A stretch of 57,772 bases of DNA from an uncultured Bifidobacteriaceae bacterium (GTDB lineage: Bacteria; Verrucomicrobiota; Verrucomicrobiia; Limisphaerales; UBA11358), in contig CAZKTW010000001.1 in assembly GCA_964555775.1 (NCBI GenBank), positions 1-57,772 on the forward strand, read 5' to 3'. The notes under the pieces were generated by a model. It had not been told where the DNA came from. It worked only from the letters and a program-made list of their open reading frames with translations, and ran no database searches. Every line of letters starts with the position of its first letter. Position 1 is the first letter of the stretch. Position numbers and translations under genes: made by a program. Of the stretch, positions 50,770 through 57,772 are shown piece by piece.

Positions 50770-51824
50770 AACGCGGCGCCGGCGGCGTCTCGCGGGCGGG
50801 GTGGGGGAAAACGGGCCGGCGGGGTTCCGGGGCTTCCGGGCTTTGCTCCCGATTTTGCGAGAAACAAGGCCAGCAAGACCAATTCAACGAGGCCGAAGGC
50901 GATCTTGGCTTCGTAGGGGATGACCGGTTCATGATATTGCGACAGAAAGGCCTCGACGAAGCCTGCCCAGACCAGCAGGACGCCGACACCGAAAATCAAC
51001 GTGACAATATCACCCGAGATTTCGCGCAGCCGGGTTTTGAGCGAGGCGCGGCTGCCCCGACCGATGAGGGCCACCGCCAGCAGCAGGCCGGCCTGACCGG
51101 CAATGAGGATGGCCGGGATTTCCACCACGCCATGCGGCATGAGCCAGCCGAGGAGAAATTTCGTCTGCCCGGCGCGAATGTAATCCACCGCGACGGCGCC
51201 AAGAATCACTCCATTGTAAAACAGCATGATGATGCTACCGACGCCCCACGTCATACCGAGCGCCAGGGTGAAGATGGAAACCTTGGTGTTATGAGTCATC
51301 AATTCGACCGAGAAACTTGCTTTGCGCCCTTGCAACCGGTCATGCGTGGCTTTTTCCTCCTCGGCAACGCGCTTGGCCGGGTCCTGAAGCAGATGGGAAA
51401 ACGGCATCAGCACCGGCTTGGCATCCGGGTCAAAGGCAAGCGCCAATCCACCGAAGGCGCAACCCGCGAGGGTGATCGCCACCGACAGGTAAAAGGCCCG
51501 GACATGGCGGCGGAATGTCTGGGGGAGTGTCTGGGAAAACCATTGCCAGGGAAAGAACCGGCGCTGTTTATCGCGGGTTTCGTGGATTTCTCCATAGGCG
51601 CGGGCGACCAAATTTTCCAGGTACCGCCGGGTCTCCGGTTCCGAGGAAAGCGTGGTCATTTTGGCGAGATCAGCCGCCGTGCGTTCGTACAGATGATGAA
51701 AAAGCTGCAGTTGCGGCAGTGTCATCTTCAGGTCCGGCTCCGCTTCCAGCCGGTCAAGCATCCGCTCAAGTTCGGCCCAGCAAGGCTGTCCGACGGTGAT
51801 GAAACGCTGCAAATCAACAATCAT
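50766..51824 (-). CDS. SpoIIM-like (DUF95) membrane protein
   Basis: THNTKVSIFTLALGMTWGVGSIIMLFYNGVILG...LMPHGVVEIPAILIAGQAG is the pattern. I take the start at ATG 51824. Confidence 0.75.
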   Translation of the reverse strand: MIVDLQRFITVGQPCWAELERMLDRLEAEPDLKMTLPQLQLFHHLYERTAADLAKMTTLSSEPETRRYLENLVARAYGEIHETRDKQRRFFPWQWFSQTLPQTFRRHVRAFYLSVAITLAGCAFGGLALAFDPDAKPVLMPFSHLLQDPAKRVAEEEKATHDRLQGRKASFSVELMTHNTKVSIFTLALGMTWGVGSIIMLFYNGVILGAVAVDYIRAGQTKFLLGWLMPHGVVEIPAILIAGQAGLLLAVALIGRGSRASLKTRLREISGDIVTLIFGVGVLLVWAGFVEAFLSQYHEPVIPYEAKIAFGLVELVLLALFLAKSGAKPGSPGTPPARFPPPRPRDAAGAAL

Positions 51825-51902
51825 CGAAAGTCCAAGGATTGAGGGATTGAGGTGATGGTGCCCGGCAATAATCCGCCCAACCATCCATCCAACAATCCAT
51901 TT

Positions 51903-53288
51903 TCATATGAGCTGCCTTTGTTTTATGCCCAGGTATTGCGAGACCAGTTCGGCACTCAACCGTTCGTGGTTGAGCAGTGAAAACCGGACCCCGCGCCGCT
52001 GCAGGATCTTTTGCAGCTCGCGCAGTTTCTGCCACCGCAAATGACCGCCAAGTTGACCATACAAATCGTCCAGGCCGGAAACATCCGGGTCGGTGAAGAG
52101 TGGCTTCACGCCCGGCATGGGCAGCATGTTCACCAGCACCAGATGCTGCCGCCGGATCAAATCCAGGTTGCGGACGAAATTTTCCGCCAGCGCCGGGTCA
52201 TCCAGCGCGGTGAGGAACACCAGCAGCGCGCGCCGGCGCAGCCGCAACCGGATGAAAGTGCACAATTCATCGAAATCCGGCGTGGTGATTTTCGGTTGCA
52301 AGGTGTAAAGCGCATCGCGGCAGGTGCCGTAATGGTTCTTGCCGTTTTTGGCGCGCACGAATTTTTCCACCTGGTCCGTGAATGTCAGCAAACCAAACAA
52401 ATCCCCCTGCCGCTCTGCCGCCAGCCCCAGCACCAGCGCGGCGGTCACGAAACGTTCCAGGACGGTCGTCGAGGGGCGAAGGTCGAAGGTCGGGGGTTGC
52501 TCATCCGGCCCTCGCCCCTCGACTCGCGGCTCTGGACCGGTCACGCGGGCGCTCAATCGCGACGCATCCACGATCACGTAAACCTCCTGCGTTCGTTCGA
52601 TTTGAAAAACCTTCGTTATCGGCCTGCCGCGCCGCGCCGTCGCTTTCCAGTGGATTTCAGTGTAGTCGTCGCCCGGAACATATTCGCGCAACTTTTCAAA
52701 GTCGCGGCCCTTGCCCACCTGTCGTTGCGCATGCACGCCGAACGCGCCCCGGTTGAGGAACAGCGCCGCAACGCTTTTCCGCTCACTGAGCAGGTTGGGA
52801 TAAACGCGGATTTCTGACTGCACCGGAAGGGTTTTGCGCACGCTCCAAAAGCCGAAGGGAGAACGGCCTTCCACATAAGCGGCGTCAAACCGGTAATTAC
52901 CCCGCTTGCGCGGAGTGCACGACCAGGCCAGCCGTGACCATACACCATGATCCGGCAAAAGCGTGTCCAGGGTTTCGGATTCGGTCTGGATCTCGCGCGG
53001 CCAGGCCAGGCCGACCCGCAGAAAGCGCGGCCGTTGGCGTTGATTGCGGATGCGCAATTCCAGTCTGGCCTCGCGGTCCTTGGACATGCGTGCGACGAGG
53101 GGCAGTTCCACGCCAATGCCCGCCAGGCTTTTGCCGGCGCCGAGGGCGTCCGCCAGCACCACCACGAGCAGTCCGCCGATGCACAGCAGGGAAAGACCGG
53201 CCGCCGGTGGCGACACCGCGCCAATCAGGGCGAAAGGCAGCACCACGGCCGTCACCCAGAACAACAGTCTAAAACGAGGTACGATCAT
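51903..53288 (-). CDS. DUF58 domain protein
   Basis: KLREYVPGDDYTEIHWKATARRGRPITKVFQIERTQ is the signature. Two N-terminal transmembrane helices. Confidence 0.85.
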   Translation of the reverse strand: MIVPRFRLLFWVTAVVLPFALIGAVSPPAAGLSLLCIGGLLVVVLADALGAGKSLAGIGVELPLVARMSKDREARLELRIRNQRQRPRFLRVGLAWPREIQTESETLDTLLPDHGVWSRLAWSCTPRKRGNYRFDAAYVEGRSPFGFWSVRKTLPVQSEIRVYPNLLSERKSVAALFLNRGAFGVHAQRQVGKGRDFEKLREYVPGDDYTEIHWKATARRGRPITKVFQIERTQEVYVIVDASRLSARVTGPEPRVEGRGPDEQPPTFDLRPSTTVLERFVTAALVLGLAAERQGDLFGLLTFTDQVEKFVRAKNGKNHYGTCRDALYTLQPKITTPDFDELCTFIRLRLRRRALLVFLTALDDPALAENFVRNLDLIRRQHLVLVNMLPMPGVKPLFTDPDVSGLDDLYGQLGGHLRWQKLRELQKILQRRGVRFSLLNHERLSAELVSQYLGIKQRQLI

Positions 53289-54244
53289 CGCGGCACGGCA
53301 ATCTGCTGAAGGATTTGCTGGATCACTTCCGCCACCGTCAGGCCCTCGATTTCAAATTCCGGCCGGAGGATCAAACGATGCTCCAACACTGGTGAGGTCA
53401 TCTCCTTGATGTCGTCGGGAGTGACGAAATCGCGGCCCGAAAGGGCGGCCCGGGCACGGGCGGCCATGATCAGTGATTGCGTGGCTCGCGGTCCACCACC
53501 GACCAGAATGCTTTCCTGCTGGCGTGAGGCACGGACAATGTCCACAAGATAACCGACCAGTTCATCGCGCATGACGATCGCGGCGAGGACTTCACGCAAC
53601 GCCGCCAGGTCTTCCGTCTTGATGACCGGCTGCACCGCCCCCTGCGCCAGCACCGTTTCCGGCGCGTCCTTCGTGAGTGTGCGCTGTGCGAGCGCCAGCT
53701 CTTCGGCCCGGTCCGGGGCTTTCATCGTGATTTTCAGCATGAACCGGTCCTTCTGCGCCTCGGGCAGCGGGTACGTGCCCTCGTATTCAATCGGGTTTTG
53801 CGTGGCGAACACGGTGAAATTCGGCGGCAGCGAATGCGTTTCGCGGTCGATGGTCACGGCGCGTTCCTGCATCGCCTGCAGTAATGCGGACTGGGTCTTG
53901 GCGGGCGCGCGATTGATTTCGTCCGCCAGCAAAAACGAGGTAAAGATCGGGCCTTTAATCAGCGAGAATTCATTGCGCTGCAGGTTGAAAACGTTTGTGC
54001 CGGTGATGTCGGCGGGCATCAGGTCCGGGGTGAACTGGATCCGCGCAAAGTCGGCGCCGAGCACGCGCGCGAGCGTTCGCACGAGCAGGGTTTTGGCGAC
54101 GCCGGGTACGCCCTCGATCAGGGCGTGATTGCCGGTGAAGATGGCGATGAGCGCTTTTTCAATGACGTCGTGCTGGCCGATGATGACTTTGCCTGCCTCG
54201 GCCCGCGCCTGGGCGAGGACTTCCTTGAGTCTTTCAATATTCAT
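53285..54244 (-). CDS. MoxR-family AAA+ ATPase
   Basis: ATG at 54244. ALIEGVPGVAKT (Walker A), LLADEINRA (Walker B), TQNPIEYEGTYPLPEAQKDRF. Confidence 0.92.
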   Translation of the reverse strand: MNIERLKEVLAQARAEAGKVIIGQHDVIEKALIAIFTGNHALIEGVPGVAKTLLVRTLARVLGADFARIQFTPDLMPADITGTNVFNLQRNEFSLIKGPIFTSFLLADEINRAPAKTQSALLQAMQERAVTIDRETHSLPPNFTVFATQNPIEYEGTYPLPEAQKDRFMLKITMKAPDRAEELALAQRTLTKDAPETVLAQGAVQPVIKTEDLAALREVLAAIVMRDELVGYLVDIVRASRQQESILVGGGPRATQSLIMAARARAALSGRDFVTPDDIKEMTSPVLEHRLILRPEFEIEGLTVAEVIQQILQQIAVPR

Positions 54245-55500
54245 GATTTGGGTGGTGCGTTGCGGGGTTTCAGGATGAAGCAGATTTTCTGGTAGGCGAC
54301 GAGTGGATGGCGATCCTTGGGGGGCAGGGCATTTTCCGCCTGCAAAACGGCCTCGGCCAGTTGCCGCCGTGAGGCGGAGTATTGGCCGGCCGGCCCGGCC
54401 GATTTCTTCCATTCGGCGAAACAGACCGGCAGCAGGTCGCGCGGGGCGATGCCACGCCGGAGCAGGTTGACAAAACCGGCCGCCGCATCCTTGCCGGCAA
54501 TGTAACCCTGTCGATCCTGATCCGCGTGTGGCGGGACTAGGCTGCTGGCATTTTTCCAGATAAACAACCCGGCCAGCAGCAGCAACCCTGCCGCCAGCCC
54601 ATGCAAGCGGTATTTGCGCATCAACGTCGCCACCCCGGAAGTCTCGACGACGCCGAAATGGGCCTCGTCAAAGACAACGTTTTTACTTGTGCCGACGAGC
54701 CACGCCAGCAAGTCCGCGTGCCGGTCCTTTTCCATCGCCTCGTTGCTGACCAGATAAGAATCGGTGGCCATCACGACCGAGCCTTTGCCAAACTTTCGTT
54801 CGATGAGCACCGCCTGGGTGCCGCGCGCGTAAATTACGCGCCAGGCGCTGTCCAGGTTGGTGAAAACCGTGCCGCTGTGCCAGTTGAGGATGTGCGGCAA
54901 CAGCAGATCGGTTTGGTTCGTCACCCGCGCCGGTTCGTAAGCATCGGCCCCCTGGTCGAGTTTCTTAAACCCCGTTCCAAAGCCCCAACGTTCGGCCAGA
55001 TCCACCCCCCGGTCTTCATCGTCGGCAAGCTTCTTTTTCTTCACCGGTTTTGGGGGTGTCATTTTTTCGTCCTTCGCCCGGGGTGCGGCCGATTTCACCG
55101 AATTGGTTTCGTCGGCATCAGGGTGGAATGCGTACGTTGAGGTCCGCGGAAAGAACGTGATGACCAGCCGGTTGCCGCGAACCAGATAAGCGTCCAGTTC
55201 GCTGGCCAAATCCGCCGGCACCCAGTCCCAGTCATAATCCGGGGCCGCCAGTTGCAGATAGACCGTGTGCGGCTCCTCCGGCAGAAGGTTCTGCGTTGTG
55301 AAATCGCGGTGCGTGGAAAGGCCGGGGATCTTGCCGAGACTTTCATAAAATGCCATGGCGCCGACTGGATCGGAACGCAGCGTCGAATACGCCGGGTAAA
55401 CATCCCCCGCCTCGAACCGGAGTTGGAAAAGCCGGACCAGGCCGAAGGTGAGGGCCGCGGCGCAACCCAGGAGGAAGAGGAGCGGAAAACAATTTTTCAT
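54241..55500 (-). CDS. DUF4350-like protein with N-terminal membrane anchor
   Basis: ATG at 55500. The ...VVFDEAHFGVVE... segment and its position between DUF4129 and MoxR fit this family. Confidence 0.6.
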   Translation of the reverse strand: MKNCFPLLFLLGCAAALTFGLVRLFQLRFEAGDVYPAYSTLRSDPVGAMAFYESLGKIPGLSTHRDFTTQNLLPEEPHTVYLQLAAPDYDWDWVPADLASELDAYLVRGNRLVITFFPRTSTYAFHPDADETNSVKSAAPRAKDEKMTPPKPVKKKKLADDEDRGVDLAERWGFGTGFKKLDQGADAYEPARVTNQTDLLLPHILNWHSGTVFTNLDSAWRVIYARGTQAVLIERKFGKGSVVMATDSYLVSNEAMEKDRHADLLAWLVGTSKNVVFDEAHFGVVETSGVATLMRKYRLHGLAAGLLLLAGLFIWKNASSLVPPHADQDRQGYIAGKDAAAGFVNLLRRGIAPRDLLPVCFAEWKKSAGPAGQYSASRRQLAEAVLQAENALPPKDRHPLVAYQKICFILKPRNAPPKS

Positions 55501-57164
55501 CCGGCGGCCTTCATCCTCTCCAGATTGGCGGCGAACCGGTCCACCAGCTCGGGGTTGACCTCGTGCCGGCCATACCAACTGCGTTCGAACAACCCGAGGT
55601 TGTCGCCAAACACCGCCAGCAGTTCGGGAAACGAATGGCCGCGCCGGCGCAACTCGCGCTCGTACTCCCGGTTGGATTTGAAGCGCGCGATGCTGATCAG
55701 GTTGCGCGCGGCCAGACGGGAAAGGCTGGCGAGATAAAATGCCCGCAGTGCCAGACGAAGCTCACCGCGATCGAGAAGTTCGCGGGCGAGCTTGATCCAA
55801 CTGTCCTCCGGCAATTCGTCCGCCCCCACATTTTCATCATTAATGTCCGGCACCGGCTGGATGGGTTCGCTGGCGGCGACGACGGGTGACCGCCGGTGAC
55901 GCCAGACGCGATAAAGCAGGACTGCCACCGTGGCCAAAACCGCGGCCACCAACCCATAAAGCAAAATTTGCAGGGTTTCGATCCAGCCATAACCGGAGGA
56001 TCCGGAACCGGAGTGGGTTCGTGGGGGCCGGAACAGTTTCCGCAGCCATTCGTCCAACCAATCAATGACGGCGCGGGCCCACTTCCGCAGCATGGCGCCA
56101 ACCTTGTCGAAGAACCGCGCCATTACGCCCGCCTGCGCGTCCGGTTCCACGATTTCTTCCCGCGGCATGCGCCAGGTGTATTTATTTTCATGGATTGTCC
56201 GGTTGATTGCCTGATCCAGATCCGCGGGTGAAACCGGTGACGGTGACGGCGCCGCGACCGCGGCCGGCGGAATGGCGGGCGCCGGTGCGTCCGCCGCCGG
56301 AGCCGGTGACGCGCAAAGGAGCCCCAGCCCCAGCACCATGAAGGTGGCCAGCGATTGCGCGGCCGCCGTCGCTGAATGCAGTGCGGTCCGCAGGTCTTCG
56401 CCCGATTCCAGCGACTCGCCGTAAAAACAGCGCAAGACATAGACCGTTTTCAAAATCGGGTCCACGCACAGATAGGTCAGACCCAGCATTCCGGCAAAAA
56501 AGGTTGTGTTCAACAGGCTGAACGTGCTTCGGGTGAAAACGGATTCGATGCCGAACAACATTTTGATCAAGTGAGGCAACACCAGGCCCGTGATCGCCCA
56601 GTTCAGGAACACGTAAAAACCGAACCCGGTCATGATGGCCAAAACGAGGTGGTTTTGTCTGGGCCAGAGGACTGCCTGTTTCCATGACCGTTTGAGCAAC
56701 GGCAAAGTCCCGGCGGGATTGCCATCGTCCAACGCAGTAACATTTTGGTAAAAAGCATAAACCCAGGCGGCAGGCAACATGGGAATGAGCGACAGTGGGA
56801 CCACGAACAAACCGGACGGCTGCACGATGGTTTGGGTGAGGAGAACCCGCCCCCAGCGGCGGAGGGTCCAGCGTGGCACCGGTTCGGCGGCGACGTGTGC
56901 CCGCAGCCGGCGGGCAAAAATGGCCTGCCAGAATTTCATCCAGAAAAACAAAACGGCCAGGCTCAACGCGAAGTCAACCAGATGCTGCCCGGCAAACGGG
57001 CTGCGGCTCATGTCCGCCCAAAAATAGAGCAGCCCCAGCACAAACGGAATCACGCCCAGATAATAGACGGCCAGGGTCGCGACCGGCGCGGTGCGCAGCT
57101 GGTGCGCGGCTTCTTCGATCAGATCGAAGCTGCCTTTGCCCTGTTGTCGTCGCGCGGGTTTCAT
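55497..57164 (-). CDS. Polytopic membrane protein with C-terminal DUF4129 domain
   Basis: C-terminal ALRAFYLASLSRLAARNLISIARFKSNREYEREL...LFERSWYGRHEV is DUF4129-like. I prefer the ATG at 57164; a TTG at 57194 is an alternative start. Confidence 0.7.
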   Translation of the reverse strand: MKPARRQQGKGSFDLIEEAAHQLRTAPVATLAVYYLGVIPFVLGLLYFWADMSRSPFAGQHLVDFALSLAVLFFWMKFWQAIFARRLRAHVAAEPVPRWTLRRWGRVLLTQTIVQPSGLFVVPLSLIPMLPAAWVYAFYQNVTALDDGNPAGTLPLLKRSWKQAVLWPRQNHLVLAIMTGFGFYVFLNWAITGLVLPHLIKMLFGIESVFTRSTFSLLNTTFFAGMLGLTYLCVDPILKTVYVLRCFYGESLESGEDLRTALHSATAAAQSLATFMVLGLGLLCASPAPAADAPAPAIPPAAVAAPSPSPVSPADLDQAINRTIHENKYTWRMPREEIVEPDAQAGVMARFFDKVGAMLRKWARAVIDWLDEWLRKLFRPPRTHSGSGSSGYGWIETLQILLYGLVAAVLATVAVLLYRVWRHRRSPVVAASEPIQPVPDINDENVGADELPEDSWIKLARELLDRGELRLALRAFYLASLSRLAARNLISIARFKSNREYERELRRRGHSFPELLAVFGDNLGLFERSWYGRHEVNPELVDRFAANLERMKAAG

Positions 57165-57261
57165 CCAAAAATCCGGAAAACATTCGGCAACCAACGGCCA
57201 ACCTCGAACCTCCTGATCCTGTCAGCGCGCAGGTCTGCCATTGAATGTTCGGTGTGGGCAT

Positions 57262-57588
57262 TCATTCTTTGTCCGCCCAAGGAACCTGCCAGAGGGTTCC
57301 TTCATGGAACGACGCCGGCAGCTTCAACAGACCTTCACCAACGAGAAAGAAGAAAAACCAGGCGATCAAGATTCCGCAGGCGCATTGGGCAAGGCGCAGG
57401 AGTCGCACAAATGCGGTACCCCGGGTGAACGGCGGGCGCGTCAATTTTTTCAGACAAAGAGCGCAGACCACGCGGTCGTCATGTTCGGTGATGCACTCGC
57501 GGCAGAAGTATTGTCCGCACTCCGGGCAGCGCGCCACGGCCTCGCGCACGGCATGGTTGAAACAACGTTGCTGGGCCAGATTTTGCAT
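57262..57588 (-). CDS. Zinc-ribbon (B-box-like) protein with C-terminal transmembrane helix
   Basis: ATG at 57588. CFNHAVREAVARCPECGQYFCRECITEHDDRVVCALC, then a hydrophobic helix. The longer track ORF upstream of this ATG is Arg/Pro-rich and implausible. Confidence 0.5.
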   Translation of the reverse strand: MQNLAQQRCFNHAVREAVARCPECGQYFCRECITEHDDRVVCALCLKKLTRPPFTRGTAFVRLLRLAQCACGILIAWFFFFLVGEGLLKLPASFHEGTLWQVPWADKE

Positions 57589-57772
57589 GGTTCGACGCGC
57601 TTCGAATTCAGGAAATGACGGGCGGCGCTGCCGGATGATCCGCTTGCGGCAGCGGCGACGTGGAAGCGCCCGCGGTCGGTGTGGCGCCGTCCGGCGACCC
57701 GGCGGCGGCCCGCATCCGGGAGGAGATTTCCTCCGGCGACATCCCGCCTTGCGCTGCAATGACGAACGGACG

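Noticed and set aside
57589-57759. Upstream part of the 165-aa track ORF preceding the zinc-ribbon protein
   Set aside because: Arg/Pro-rich (RRRKSPPGCGPPPGRR…) and implausible as coding. The ATG at 57588 gives a compact zinc-ribbon plus TM protein.

Overview
High-GC (about 60%) bacterial chromosomal window, probably Verrucomicrobiota or another PVC-group organism. The taxonomic guess rests on a GloVer tandem-repeat protein, a DUF1549/DUF1553 + DUF1501 gene pair, and dispersed repeats that translate to motifs such as GERG/SPLP and EPPHVG. Gene content, left to right: (1) the distal half of the complex I operon, nuoH (5' truncated) to nuoN. (2) A YegS-type lipid kinase and a membrane-anchored GrpE-like protein. 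(3) A 1246-aa UvrD/AddA-type helicase-nuclease, divergent from radC. (4) An orphan HigA-like antitoxin followed by a DUF2723 membrane protein and two hypothetical genes. (5) An alpha/beta hydrolase, a Tat-signal aldo/keto reductase, NDH-2, a TPR protein and a futalosine-pathway radical SAM enzyme. (6) DUF4139, a GT2 glycosyltransferase and a small membrane protein. (7) A central electron-transfer cluster: large acyl-CoA dehydrogenase, ORF6N, ETF-QO, nitroreductase, GloVer protein, NQO-like flavoprotein, EtfB and a divergent EtfA. (8) A lower-GC islet with two hypothetical genes and a ParE-type toxin-antitoxin pair. (9) A tandem RidA-fold protein. (10) A DUF1549/1553, DUF1501 and PPC-domain triad. 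(11) A 1.4-kb AT-rich islet flanked by 30-bp direct repeats, carrying an RHH-like gene and two MazG-like genes. (12) comM/yifB and a GYF-domain membrane protein. (13) A tightly overlapping operon of zinc ribbon, DUF4129, DUF4350, MoxR, DUF58, SpoIIM-like and RDD genes. I recognised no rRNA, tRNA, CRISPR array, transposase or integrase. Several short repeat families sit between genes of one operon and, in a few places, inside coding sequence. The best candidates for something new are the direct-repeat-flanked MazG islet, the ORF6N gene with its perfect palindrome wedged into the ACAD/ETF-QO operon together with a non-canonical EtfA, the repeat-derived insertion in the helicase core, and the uncharacterised MoxR operon. 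All family assignments come from reading motifs in the supplied translations. No database search was run.
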